Source of the DNA: Azolla caroliniana
Lineage: Eukaryota; Plantae; Polypodiophyta
Direction: 5' to 3'
DNA: 64,000 nt
NCBI GenBank assembly: GCA_043228905.1
Contig: JBHGNT010000020.1
Span: 14,570,001-14,634,000, forward strand
Numbering within the stretch: position 1 is the first letter of the stretch; each line of letters opens with the position of its first letter. The notes below the pieces were generated by a model. It saw only the letters and a list, made by a program, of their open reading frames with translations, had not been told where the DNA came from and searched no databases. Positions 23,301 to 35,908 of the stretch are shown here, in pieces. Position numbers and translations under genes: made by a program.

Positions 23301-26300
23301 CTTCCGGCATGCTTCCAGCTTGTCGGGTGTGAGCACCTTGGTCAGCATATCCGACCCGTTCTCGTCCGTGTGGACCTTCGTCAGCACGAACTCCTTGTCT
23401 TCTATCCTTTCCCGGATCCAGTGATATCTTCGCTGGATGTGCTTCGTCCGGGAGTGATAGGTCGCGTTCTTCGCAAGGTGGATTGCACTCTGACTGTCGC
23501 AGTAAAGTCGGTACTCCTCCTGCCAGATACGGAGCTCTCTAATGAAGTCCTTCATCCATATTATTTCCTTGCCGGCTTCAACAACCGCCATGTACTCCGC
23601 CTCCGTGGTTGACAACGCAACCGTCTTCTGCAGCCTCGACTGCCATGAAACAGCCCCCCCTGCATACGTCATCACATACCCTGATGTGGACCGGCTGGTA
23701 TCTGCATCAGCCGACATATCCGAATCGGTGAAGCCGTCGAGTTCGTGCTTACCGGAGCCGAATCGGAGGCACACGTTTTCCGTGCCCTTCAGGTATCGGA
23801 GTATCCACTTGGCCGCGTTCCAATGCTCTTTGCCGGGATTGCTCATGTACCGGCTCACCACTCCGACTGCATATCCGATGTCCGGTCGGGTACACACCAT
23901 TGCGTACATCAAGCTCCCGACGGTAGAGGCATATGGTACTTTCATCATGTCCTCCTTCTCAGCCTTTGTCTTGGGGCTCTGCTTGCTGGACAGCTTGCAG
24001 TTTGCCGGGAGTGTTGACCCGATCGGTCTTGCTTCCGACATGTTGAACCGGTGAAGCACCTTTGTCACGTACTTCTCCTGTGACAGCCACAACTGCTTCT
24101 TCTTCCGGTCCCGGATGATGTGCATCCCTAGTATTTGCCTCGCCGGACCCAGGTTCGGTGAAGAGCCTTCTTCAGCATCCGTATCTTGACCTGGTCTCGT
24201 CCGACGATCAACATGTCGTCTACGTACAGGAGGAGTATTAGAAAGTCTCCTCCTTCGAACTTCTTCACAAACACGCAGTGATCGGACTGCGTTTTGTGGT
24301 ACCCTTCGTCTGTCATGAAGGAGTCGAACTTTCGGTACCATTGCCGGGGAGCCTGCTTCAGTCCGTAAAGGATCTTCTTCAACCGGCATACCAGGTGCTC
24401 CTTCCCTTTCTTCTCGAATCCTTCCGGTTGCTGCATGTAGATCTCTTCTTCGAGGTCACCGTGAAGGAATGCCGTCTTCACGTCCATCTGTTCTACCTCG
24501 AGGTCCATGCTTGCCGCTATGCTCAGCACCGTCCGGATGGAGGTCATCTTCACTACCGGGGCAAATATCTCGTCGAAGTCGACGCCCTTCTTCTGCTGAA
24601 ACCCCTTCACCACGATCCTGGCTTTGTATCTCGGGGGGTTTCCGGCATCTCCCGGTTTCAGCTTGAACACCCACTTGTTTCGAAGTGCCCGCTTTCCTTT
24701 CGGCAACTCCACAAGTTCATATGTGTGGTTCTCATGCAGGGAATCCATCTCGTCCAGCATGGCACTCAACCACCTGCGGCTCTGGGTGTCATGCTTTGCT
24801 TCTTCAAAGCTCTCCGGCTCCCCCTCGTCGGTTAGCAGCACGTGCTCTGGTTCCGGAAATCTCCGGGGGGACCTTCTCTCTCTTAGAGGATATCTCCGTT
24901 CCGGAGCTTCGGTAACCGGTTCTTCCGATTCTTCTTCATCCGAATCCATTTCGGGATCGGGGCCGGTTCCGGTATCATTTTCATCTTCTTCGGCCGGTTC
25001 TGTTTCTTCACCGTCTTCGGCCGGATCCTCGAGTGCTAACCGGTCCCTTGCCGGTCGGGACTGCTCCTCGTAGAGTTGATCCTCACCGGTCGACTTGGAG
25101 CTCTTCATCTTCTTCTCCGACTCCCAGTCGGCGAGTGTCTTGTTCTCCATGAAGATGATATCACGACTCCGGAATATCTTCTTGTCGACCGGGTCCCATA
25201 CTCGGTAGCCGAACTCGTCATCGCCGTAACCGAGGAATATGCATGGCCGGGTCTTTGGATCTAGCTTTCCTCTCCGGTCCTTAGCCACATGCACATATGC
25301 GAGACACCCGAACACCTTCAGATGCCGGTAGGATACTTCCCTACCGGTCCACACTCTCTGTGGCGTGTCTCCGTCCAAAGGTACTGAGGGTGATCTATTT
25401 ATCACGTATGTCGCCGTTGACATCGCCTCAGCCCAAAACCCCTTGGGTAATTCCGCATGCGCCAGCATAATCCGGACCCTCTCCATTATGGTCCGGTTCA
25501 TCCTCTCGGCCAGCCCGTTCAGTTCCGGCGTCTTCGGCACAGTAAACTCGAGCCGGATTCCCTTCGAGCGACAGTACTCCGCGAACTGCCCCCGGTATTC
25601 CCCTCCGTTATCCGCTCGTATCGCTTTCAGCTTCTTGCCGGATTCCCTTTCCACTCTCGCGTGGAGTTCTTTGAAGACGCACAACACTTGGTCCTTTGTC
25701 TTCAACGGTGCCGTCCACAGCTTCCGGTTGTGATCATCAATGAATGTTACGAAGTACTGGGCTCCGCCATGTGACTTCGTTTCTACCTGACACACATCAG
25801 TGTGCACCAACTCCAATGGTGCGCTACGTCTCGTCGGTGGCCTTGAATGGAAGGAGGTTCGGTTCTGCTTACCGGCCAGGCAATCGGTGCACTTCTCCAG
25901 GTGCACATGCTTCACTGGAATAAGGTTGTCTTCTGCAAGCCTCTTCATCCCCTTCTCACTCATGTGGCACAGTCTCTTGTGCCACAGCTCACCGGCAGTG
26001 TCGGCTGCCACGTTCAACTCTTCCGGACACAACCAGGCATTCATAAGGTACAGTGTGTTGACTTTCCGGGCCCGAGCCACTATCAGGCTCCCCTTGCTGA
26101 ACTTCATTACGCCGTTCCGGATGCTACCTGTGTAGCCTTCATCGTCTAGCCTCCCGGCCGAAATCAGGTTCAATCGAACCTCCGGAACGTGTCGGACATC
26201 CTTCAGCAGCATTTTGCATCCGGTCGGGGTTGTCAACCACACGTCTCCTATGCCGGCAATCCGGCACATACCTTCATTTCCCATCCGAACACAGCCATGC

Positions 26301-28452
26301 TCACCGGTTGTGTAGGATGAGAAGTATCTTCTTTCCGGGGTCAGGTGGAACGACGCTCCGGAATCGACCACCCAGGTAGTCTCATCGCCGGCAATGTTTA
26401 GTTCACCTTCTTCGGTGATGAGCATGATCTCCTCTTCACTTGCCGCGAGTGCCGTCATTCCTTTCCGGTCCTGCCCTCGCCGATCCGAACCATTCCGGTC
26501 CGTGGCTCCCCGGTAAGCACCGTTCCGTTCCGAAGACTTCTTCGAATCGGTGTCGTCGGCTCCGTTGTCTTTTCGGTAATGCCGACAATTCTTTCGGAAG
26601 TGCCCCGGCTTCCCACAGTGGAAGCATGTGGGTCTTCCTCTTGACTGCGACCGGGTCCCCGACTTCTCCCGTCTTTGCGGACTCCGGTTCCATTGTCTTC
26701 CCCGTTCCGATTCGGTAAGCAGCGCCTTCGAGTCGGAGGCCGGTTCTTTATCTCTCCGACGCGCTTCTTCGTTCAAAATACTTGTCTTTACCGTTTGTAG
26801 GGACAAGTTATCTTCGGTGCAGGAGGTGCTGAGAGTCACCACCAAGTTCTCCCAGCTTTCCGGCAATGTACACATCAGAATGATGGCTTGCATTGCATCC
26901 TCCAGCGGGAACTTGATCGCCGCAAGCTGGTTCACGAATCCCATGAACGTGCTTACGTGTTCCACCATACTCTCGCCGTCCCGGTACTTGAGGTTCACTA
27001 TCTTCCTCATCAGGGAGGTCCGGTTCAACGCATTCTTCCTCTCGTAGAGGCCCGACAGCTTCCGCCACATCTCATATGCGTTGATGTCGTTCGTCACATG
27101 TTGTAGAACGCTCACGTCGACGTATTGCCGAATGGTTGCAACGGCTTTCCGGTTCAGAAGCCTCCATTCCGACTCAAGTACCCCCTTCGGTATTTCCGAC
27201 CTGTCAATCGGTTCGTACAGGTCCCGAACAATCAGAAGATCCTCCATCTTGATCTTCCAGTCGGCGTAATTCTGCGCATTCAGCACCATCATCCCTGGCT
27301 GCCCGCTGCCGCCGCCTTCCATTTTCTGCAGCAACTCGCTCTGATACCAAATTGATGGAAATAATCGACACTTTCCAAACTTCACCTCTCGGCCACAACC
27401 AAGGAAACACACGAATCGTTGTTGCAGAAAATGGGAAATGCAGTGGACACATGATTTAACGTGGAAAACCCTGTACGGGAAAAACCACGGGAGTACAAGA
27501 CTCCGAACCAAAACTATTCACAGAGAAATATACAATGGCGAGCTGCAAGGCGACGACCTTGAGCTCGCTGTCCTCGCCACAGGCGGCGGAAATACACAGA
27601 GGCGTCGACCTCTTCCTCTCTCACGCTCTATCTCTCTCACGGCTGCTCTCTCTTCACTCCTCTTGAGTGGAAAAACAGAAAAATGAGTAGCAACATCAAA
27701 ACTGTTTGCCCTAAGTCATATTTATACACATATGACTTTAGGGCTATTTACAACTATAGCCTCAAGGGCCCTTGGCAAACATATTCACAGATATGTCCCC
27801 GCATCCGGATCTCTCTCCGGGTACATTCGTCGTCCGGCTCCGAAGTCAGGGTCTTCATCATCCGGTTCCAAAACCGCAACCGGGCTTGTCGTCATTCATC
27901 TCCGACATCCGACCATCCCATCCGAAGGGACCGTAATCCCAACAGGTCTTATATGTTCACTTTTATATCATAGGTACACCTCCACATTACAATTGATAGA
28001 GAAGATTGATATATTTAGCTTTGGGGTGGTTCTTTTTGAAGCTTTATGTGGTCAATCACGAATCTTGAAAGATATGAAAACAAATAATGGAGACATCCAC
28101 ATTGTGGAATGGGTATGATAACTAATCGTTTAGAAATTACATGATAGTTAGCAGCATTTTGAAGAAACATTGTACATATTCTATTGTTGGATTGGTAAGG
28201 CTGGTGTACAAACAAGGGATTATAGAAAACATTGTTGATGAACGACTTGAAAATAAATATAATTTATCATCCATATGGAAAGTTGCAAAGGTTGCCATGA
28301 CATGTGTCCAATTTGAAGGGGCAAAGAGACCTAATATGAATGTTGTTTGTAATAACCTAACAGAGGCCATAGGAATGGAATTTAGTCATGAATCCTCGTC
28401 GTGGACCACTATTGAAGTTTCATCAATCTATTCACTTGTACAAGTTCGATGA
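20348..28452 (+). pseudogene. Receptor-like kinase pseudogene copy 1 (ectodomain deleted; TM and kinase exons remain)
   Basis: ATG and signal peptide are homologous to 36974. TM exon at ~20817 has a TAA. Kinase exons at ~21181-21400 ([11 protein letters not shown]), 21608-21730, 22209-22388 ([14 protein letters not shown]), 27973-28112 and ~28196-28452. The donor at 21731 is mutated GT>CT. Confidence 0.85.
22663..27944 (-). mobile_element. Young full-length Ty1/Copia in an intron of RLK copy 1
   Basis: 592-bp LTRs at 22663-23254 and 27353-27944 (about 7 mismatches); TSD GGTCT; iMet PBS 27338-27349; PPT. The gag-pol ORF 27321-23265 is broken by a 16-bp deletion at ~24152. Confidence 0.97.
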
Positions 28453-28662
28453 TGAATAATGTTGTTAAGTAGTGAAGCTTTCAAGTATATGCATAGGCTG
28501 TATATAATTATGTTGATTTTTACTTCAAAGTAGAATTTTCTAGTCTATTCACTTGTACAAGTTTGATGATGAATAATGTTGTTAAGTAGTGACGCTTTCA
28601 AGTATATGCATAGGCTGTATATAATGAGGTTGTTTTCTACTTCAAAGTACAATTTTCTAGTC
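28427..28662 (+). repeat. ~117-bp direct tandem duplication spanning the RLK copy 1 stop codon and 3' UTR
   Basis: TCTATTCACTTGTACAAGTT...AATTTTCTAG occurs twice (28427 and 28544). It is single in copy 2 (~52264). Confidence 0.85.
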
Positions 28663-28704
28663 ATAATTTAAATATTGTATTTATTATTCTAAATTGGGTG
28701 AATA

Positions 28705-29400
28705 TCCATTTCATGATTCATTAATCATGAGGGGAACTAGGAAATGTAAACCTTCAATCAATAGTTATGGTGGTTTAATGCCTATTGGAGTGCATGGAGA
28801 ATGAAATAAATACGATCCAAACTAATTCTCACCCTTAGAAATGATTTTCTTCCTTCGACATTGCCAAGTCATAGGTTTGGATCATGCAAGAGAATGTTTC
28901 TATCCTATGCAATACACAGCTTCTCATTCCATCTTCATGTGTCTCAAGTCTACATCCACAATAAGTAGGTCATCCGGTGGATGGATCCCTCATGACATAA
29001 TCATTCTCAGTTGCTCAATACAAAGAGCCTATACTATGAGACCATATTTTCTTCCTTCATATGCTTAGATAAATTATCTGAGCTCCCTCCAAAATGTTAC
29101 ACTTTAAACTCACGTTTATTCCGATCTCCCTTCCCTGCTATGAAAGCTTCCCTTGGATGTCCTTTTATAAGGTTTTTGACTTGGATCCTTCCGTGATAGT
29201 GACATTGTGATAGTGAAGGGAGGCTCTTACTCTTTAATATTGAGATCCATCAAAAGTTTGTCAATCCTTGCTGTATATTCTTAGATTCTCCTTATGCATA
29301 CATGCACATTCTTCCATTCATCCTTTCCTTTGATATTCCACCTTGCATTTGACCCTCTCAAATTCATTGTTTCACAATTACTCATGTGTTCTTCATTATT
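28705..29400. repeat. 3' flank shared with RLK copy 2 (~52840-53560); possibly a very old retroelement relic
   Basis: CATTAATCATGAGGGGAACTAGGAA...CCTTC...CAATAGTT.TGGTGGTTTAATGCC and the following ~600 bp align between the two loci. Confidence 0.7.
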
Positions 29401-29719
29401 AGTACTTCAATGTTGGTGTGTGGAGATATACGACAATATACCCTTTTGTTGCCAAGATAGAAGAGAGCCACTAATACATAAAAGCCACACAACAATGTGA
29501 CCTATTAAGTAAAAAGAGAACCCTAAATATCATAGAAAGCCTAGGATCCCCCTTTTCATATTCTGGTTTCTTTGCCATGAACTAACTAACTCACTACAAA
29601 ATGGGTGCATGGGCTCTCCACCACCACCTTCGACATACCACCACCAACATAGAGGTAAATATTAAACACAAGAATTCCTTAGCTCACATGCACGCATAAT
29701 TTATATACATTGATTCATC

Positions 29720-30010
29720 AATTTGCATACATTTATGCATACATGCATGAATACATTCATTAATATGTGGATATTTCTGCACACATTGGTTGATATCAAT
29801 GTACGCATCATTACACTCATCAAATCATTCTTTAACATACAAATATATGCATGCAGACATAAATACATATACATACATTATTACATACATAAATACATAC
29901 ATATACATATATATATATATATATTAGAGACACACAAAACATGCATGCGTGGATACATACATACAGACATACTTTTATACATACATACATATTACATAAA
30001 CACATATTGA
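29720..30010. repeat. Degenerate (ATAC)n/(AT)n microsatellite
   Basis: Repeated CATACATA/ATATAT tracts; the ORFs called here are low-complexity artefacts. Confidence 0.8.
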
Positions 30011-31503
30011 TATTTATTTTAAGTAAACATAGAGCCATGTAATAATTTATGAACAACCATTTGAACCTATTCAATGCAATAAATCCTATGAGGAAATTTG
30101 TGCTTAGCAACAAGGAGCATAAAGAGGAGATGCAATTCTCATAAACTCTTTAGGATGAGGAGCTCTATAAGTGTGTAAGTAAATTGCAAACTATTGAAAT
30201 TCTTCTATGCTGACATCCACATGAACACACGCCTAACCAACACCAACAACACCTTTAGGCATAAATGGTAACTCAAGAAATCCTCACCGTCCATGAGACA
30301 TTATTTGCATTATTTATCACTATCTTTGTGTAAATGGGTTCGATTAAATGCTAACTTTATTTACATGATTAAGGGGTTCATGTTAATGATAACACCATAC
30401 CAAATCTATGAGATGAATGGGATCAAAGGTTAGTATCCCCCTACTTTAGTTAGATAATATAGATAACATTTACTATAAATTCATGGCATGTCTTGTTTTT
30501 CTTAGCAAACCAACTTTTGGCATGACGTCACACATTCCACGTGGATCATCAAACATGGAGCAAGGTCAACCTCATAATGAAACATGATCATCTTCTACAT
30601 GACATGCGCTAGCTTTCTCACAATTCAATGTGAGCTTGATGAGAACCTTTCCACAAAATGAAGACCATGTTCCATTGCACTCAATTGATGCAAAGCTAAC
30701 AAATGGCCTCCATAGAAAGTGTGTTTATAATGCGTGTTTGTGAGGGTGTTTGCATGGAGCAAAATAAGAAGCTCAACTTGAAAAACGACAAATAAGTGAC
30801 ACATTAAGTGTGAATTCCCACAAGGTTTCATTGTCAAGCTGCTTTTGTGGTTCAAAACTCCAATGGTATACATATTATAAGCTTAAGTTAATGGGATCAA
30901 GCACTACCATGACCTAAACTTTGACTATACAGTTTGTTACACATCATTGAACAGATAAACCATTTTAAAACATAATCATATCTATAGCTAAATTAACTAC
31001 CAATGTATCCAAATGGCATATAAATTATTAACACGATACATTATTCTAAGCATAATTAACCACATGAACACATTTCAATACGTGATCTATTGGGAATTAA
31101 TGTACAATGCACTCTAACCAAATGAAAACCCAATTTCAACAATCACTTCATTAATAAAATATTCATTAATTGATGGAAAACTAAATTATGAAATAGTAGA
31201 GTTGTAAAGAACGATGTGCAAAGCATTGAAACCTGAATCTATATGAATCAAATGTCTTTTTATCAAGATAGTCTAACAAAGTATTATGGATTCACTAGAT
31301 TAATAAATTGAAAAATTAAGGTAAACCATTTAAAGACAACTATAGTCCATACATCGTATCAACTACCATTTCTGACCTTGTCTATTAAATGGTTATGGAC
31401 TTGGTTCAATATTACGAACGATAGATTTTAGATGATAGTTGTTACGAGCATGACCATATCCTGTGGTAAGTTTTACCGTAGTATTCTATACACATGGATA
31501 AAG

Positions 31504-34001
31504 TGTGAGGGTTAACCGAGAGTGTAAAGAAGGGAAGGATTACTTTTAATATTTGGGATTGAGACAACCCATTAGGTTTGGCTAGAAATATGATGCATAG
31601 CTACCCTCATTTGACATCTCTCGACTACATCGAGACTCTGTCCTTGTCGTGGATCAACTCTTATAGCGAGCGTGCTAGTAACAGGTACAACTCGACACCA
31701 CGGTGGTGGTATGGAACATTGATCGAAGCTCGAGTCCATTTCAATCCCTTCGCTTGGGGGTGGTCACGTGGATCGACACCCTTTGTTTGTCTCTCCTCTC
31801 TTATTTTTCTATCTAATATGATCCTTATCTCATGCTTACATGCTTACACTAAGATCTAGCTCTAACCGTTGGTATTATAGCTTCTATTCTAATGTTTCAT
31901 TTGTTGATTGATTTTTTTTTTGTTGGATGGCGATCGATTGATGTGGAGTCGTCCTTGATCTAGAAAGGGATTAACAAGCGAACTTTGGTAACTCTTTCTT
32001 ATTTTTATTTCTATTATTTCTTCTCCCAATCTAATCATGTATAGTCAATATATAATATTTTCCATTGATTCAATTATGTTATAGTGGTAATAGTTGGTTG
32101 TATAAAATGTTTACATATCTATATGAGATCAATACTTCATTTTACATGTATTTGATATGTGATTTGTGTTGTATGCTTACGAGGTCAATACCTCAATTAT
32201 GTATTACTTTCACATACATATGTTACATATGCTTAAGAGGTCAATACCTAAATTTCTAAGTATTTGATATGTGATATGTGTCATATGCGTAAGAGGTCAA
32301 TACCTAAATTGCATATTACATTCACCCTTATTTTTGGATGTTTTGTGTGCGTAGAGGCAATATGCCTTGATTACGTATCTTGATTACATCATTTGTTGGC
32401 TATGTTATGTTATAATTTCATTAATATATGCATATGTGATCACGTGTATACGTATTTGATTGTAGTCATGTGATAAACATACATATGTGTATATTAGTTA
32501 CTACGTATGTGATATTACTTGATCAATGATTGTCTTTCGGAGTAAGGATCGTGCTGGTTGTCCTCACATTTTTGTGAGAATGGTATAATCACCATCCTAT
32601 TTAACAATTTTATTTTTAGTTATTCCCGTTCATCACCTCGATTTTGTAATATATAACAATGAAAAATGCATAGCCACAATGATGTCGTGAGCATTAGGGC
32701 ATGGTCCACTTCATGTCAGGTCGCTCTTATGAGACACACATCCAACATCCCTCCCTTGTTACATGGTTACGATGCCACCATGAGATCATCATTATGGAAG
32801 GCACTTGTAATGACGTAACCATGTGATGGGCAACATGGGCCTAATACGAAAAGAGGGTCCGTATGGCTTGAGCATTAGGTTGCTCTTTGGGGTATGCCAT
32901 CATAATGATGTGATTTGAGGTTAGGTAATGTACCAACATAGTTTTCTTCTAAACAAGGGGGAAATAAGGACTCTTGACATGTATGTTTTCTTTTAATAAA
33001 AACATATGGGCAAATGCCTTCGCATATCTTTCATATGCATGAACATTAAAAATTTCAAAGGAGCAAACCATTTGGTTAGGTCAAGTGTTTAATGTATTTG
33101 TTCTTGAGGTCTCGAGTTTAAATATGACCAAGACCATACAACATTATTGATACATATGACTATAAAACATGTTAAGTGCACTTCAGGGTCCTCGTAATAG
33201 GACTTAAAGAGCCGAAACCACATGGGTGGGCACAAAGCTATAATATATTGTAAACATTTTTTTGTGTATAAACTATTCATGCCGTGAGCATACATGGTTG
33301 AGCCTTGGGGAGCCACCATAAAGAAATCGATATAGAGATCAGGTCTACGTGTATAGAATACTATAGTAAAACTTACCACATGATATGGTCATGCCTGTAG
33401 CATACTTCCCCTCTTTAAAACATTGCACTCTTGCAATGGGAAGTTAGGGAAGTTAGTTCTAAGACTATTTTTGCGTTTCCATGTGGCATCTTTGATAGAC
33501 TTATCCATCCATTTTATTTTAAATTCTCGGATTGTTTTTGAATGTAAATGTTTTGGTTTGACATGGAGAATTATTTTTGGTACATGTGGTTTTGAAGATA
33601 ATTCTTCAGAAGTAACCAGAGTTTCAGCTGTCACTATATTGTTGCTAGAAGCAAGAAGTTCATTTAGACTATTTACAAGGAAAACTGGATAGATTTCAAC
33701 ACCATGAGGAAGAGCGAAACGATAGGCTGACAAATCAATGCGTTTGAGGGTTAAACGAGATGAAGGAATGGATTACTTTTAATCCTTGGGATTGAGACCA
33801 CTCCTGTCGCAAGTGCGCCAATACCAGACATGACTCAACGCCATGACGGTGGTATGGGACGCCGATGGAGGCTCGAGTTCATCTTGGTCCCTTCGCTTGG
33901 GGGTGGTTAGGTGGATTGGCACCCTTCTTTCTCTCTCTCCTTTCTCATTTATCTATCTTTATTATCCTTATCATATGCTTACATTAGGATATAGCTCTAA
34001 C
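31504..34001 (+). mobile_element. Old degenerate LTR element (LTR pair ~31504-31867 and ~33745-34001)
   Basis: Both blocks share TGAGGGTTAA.CGAG...GGATTACTTTTAAT...GGGATTGAGAC...CCCTTCGCTTGGGGGTGGT...ATGCTTACA.TA.GAT.TAGCTCTAAC. PBS-like TGGTATTATAGC follows the first block. No TSD found. Confidence 0.6.
33389..33750 (-). mobile_element. Chromovirus (Gypsy) integrase C-terminus with chromodomain fragment and PPT
   Basis: AYRFALPHGVEIYPVFLVN...IREFKIKWMDKSIKDATW, followed on the minus strand by TTTTAAAGAGGGGAAGTA then TG. Confidence 0.75.
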
Positions 34002-34439
34002 ATAGTACAAGCCATATTTAAATGACGAGTAAAATTTTAATATAGTAAATGTAACCTAGGTCAACACAATAAATGTCTTAAGACATAATGAGCTAGATCA
34101 ACACAATAAATGTCTTATGCATAATTAATCTATTCATTGTAACTAAATTAAACCAAAATTCAAGAATATTTCCATTCGCTAATATTTAATAGCTACAAGA
34201 ATATGAGATTGTGAAATAGTAAACTTATCCTATGGTGTACTATGATGTGCAAGGACCCACAATCAATACTTATGAACCTTGCCGAAATTCAAAATCTCAG
34301 CATACAACTAATTCGGAACCACAACAAAAACTAGTGACCACCTACTCATCATCCAATCAGAAAGGATTAACGTATAATTATATACATATTATTGTATTGA
34401 GAAAATCAATGAATACCCACCAGCTTCTTGAGCCACTGC

Positions 34440-34890
34440 CCACAACAATTGGCAACACTGAATTTAATTGCAAAACCACGGCTCGGTTCGGTTCAAGTTT
34501 AGGTGTTTTTAAATGGTTTGGTTCGGTTTCAACCGTTAGAAACCATGGTTTAAACGGTTAAACGGTTTTTATTTTTTATTTTTTAAATTTTCTTTAAATT
34601 TTTTTAAAAAAAATGCCAAATTTAAAAAATAAAAAAGTTTTTAACAATCTTTTCACTTTTATGACCTATTCTCACATTTTGGGAAATTTTTAAATTTTTA
34701 AATTTGAATTTTGACCTAAGCTGAAAACCGAAACCGAACCACGAAACCGTGGTTTTATCGGTTTAATGGCTTAACGGTCTGAACTTTTTTTAATGGTTTT
34801 GTGGTTCGGTTCAGTTCAGCTTTCGAAAAATTTAAACGGTTCAGTTTTGACCCTCTTGAACCGAGCCAAACCGTTGCCGATTGTTAGTGG
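34440..34890. mobile_element. MITE-like non-autonomous DNA element
   Basis: Imperfect TIRs CCAC-AACAATTGGCAAC / GTTGCCGATTGTTAGTGG; subterminal (CGGTT)n/(AACCG)n motifs; AT-rich core; TSD not resolved. Confidence 0.6.
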
Positions 34891-35504
34891 ATTGTAATAA
34901 TGACCATAATTAACAAAACAGGAGAATTCATCCACACACCATTTCCGCCATTTGGAAGACTCTCCATTTTGACAAGGATTGGATGATTAGCTACAGGTGA
35001 GGTGATGAGGAAAATAGATGTTAGTTAATTGACCACACAGGTCTACTTAATCCCATTCAATCATCAGTTAAACTTTTTCTTCTATGGTTCTGCGTCATTG
35101 AGAAGCCATCAACGTCATTCTCTTTATATTCTACTTAATGATTGTGAGTTGCAAGCTGAATGACGGATCTCATTTATCTCGAAATATGAAGGGTTAGATG
35201 CAAATTTTATGTACCGAACCTACTAAAGAGTTTGAATACACTAAAAAGGTGAGGCTTGCAGGTCAAGAGACAAGTCAAGGAAATCAAAGCGTACAATCTG
35301 TGGACTTTACTTTTGTCTATAGAATTGTGACATGCATTTCTTTCCCTTTACGTACAATCATTAGCTGATAGAGGACTTGATCTTAGCAGTTGCCCCATAA
35401 GAAGACGTAATTGTGGCAAACTTAAAGTAATTCTTCTTCTTCTTCTTCTTCTTTTCAAAAAAGTTGAACAATGGAAAGAAGAGGGAAAATAACGCTTCTT
35501 GTGT

Positions 35505-35735
35505 TTTTTACCATAAAACATATGCTCCATTGGTATTAATAAAAAACCCGGAGGCAGTATACAAATAGTACATAATATTGTTTCATCTCCACCAGTATAT
35601 CTGAAATGATTCTAGTATTTGTAAAAACTGTTGGGAAAAAAAAACAGCCATAAAACACAGCATTGATTCCAGTGATCTGCTGCAGATTCCATGTCCTGCG
35701 TCTTTCCAATCATATGTGTCAGGTGTAAGAAGATT
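35505..35735 (-). mobile_element. Orphan 3'-end retrocopy matching the L1 tail at 41781-42075 (sugar-transporter fragment)
   Basis: About 90% identical to 41781-42075 with two internal deletions. It starts with the same T-tract (poly-A on the minus strand) and encodes QQITGINAVFYG. Confidence 0.8.
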
Positions 35736-35741
35736 TCCGTC

Positions 35742-35908
35742 TTTTGTATCTTTTGTGTTAGAAAGACTAAATTGTAAACTGGCTGGATTCCCAACTTTTT
35801 AAAATTCTAGCCAAAATCACTTTGTGTTTTGTATCTTTTGTATTAGAAAGACTAAATTGTAAACTGGCTGGATTCCCAACTTTTTAAAATTCTAGCCAAA
35901 ATCACTTT
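35742..35908 (+). repeat. ~86-bp direct tandem duplication
   Basis: TTTTGTATCTTTTGT.TTAGAAAGACTAAATTG...GCCAAAATCACTTT occurs twice. Confidence 0.9.

Noticed and set aside
23042-27452. Antisense and alternative-frame ORFs over the Copia pol genes (also 43300-47100 and 57100-61200)
   Set aside because: Shadows of GC-rich gag-pol; their recurrence only reflects identity between copies.
30100-31500. AT-rich region with short ORFs
   Set aside because: No motif, repeat or splice structure I could support.
35680-35700. Intron precisely spliced out of the orphan retrocopy
   Set aside because: Deletion boundaries are offset by 5-6 nt from the GT...AG seen in the 41950-42015 copy.
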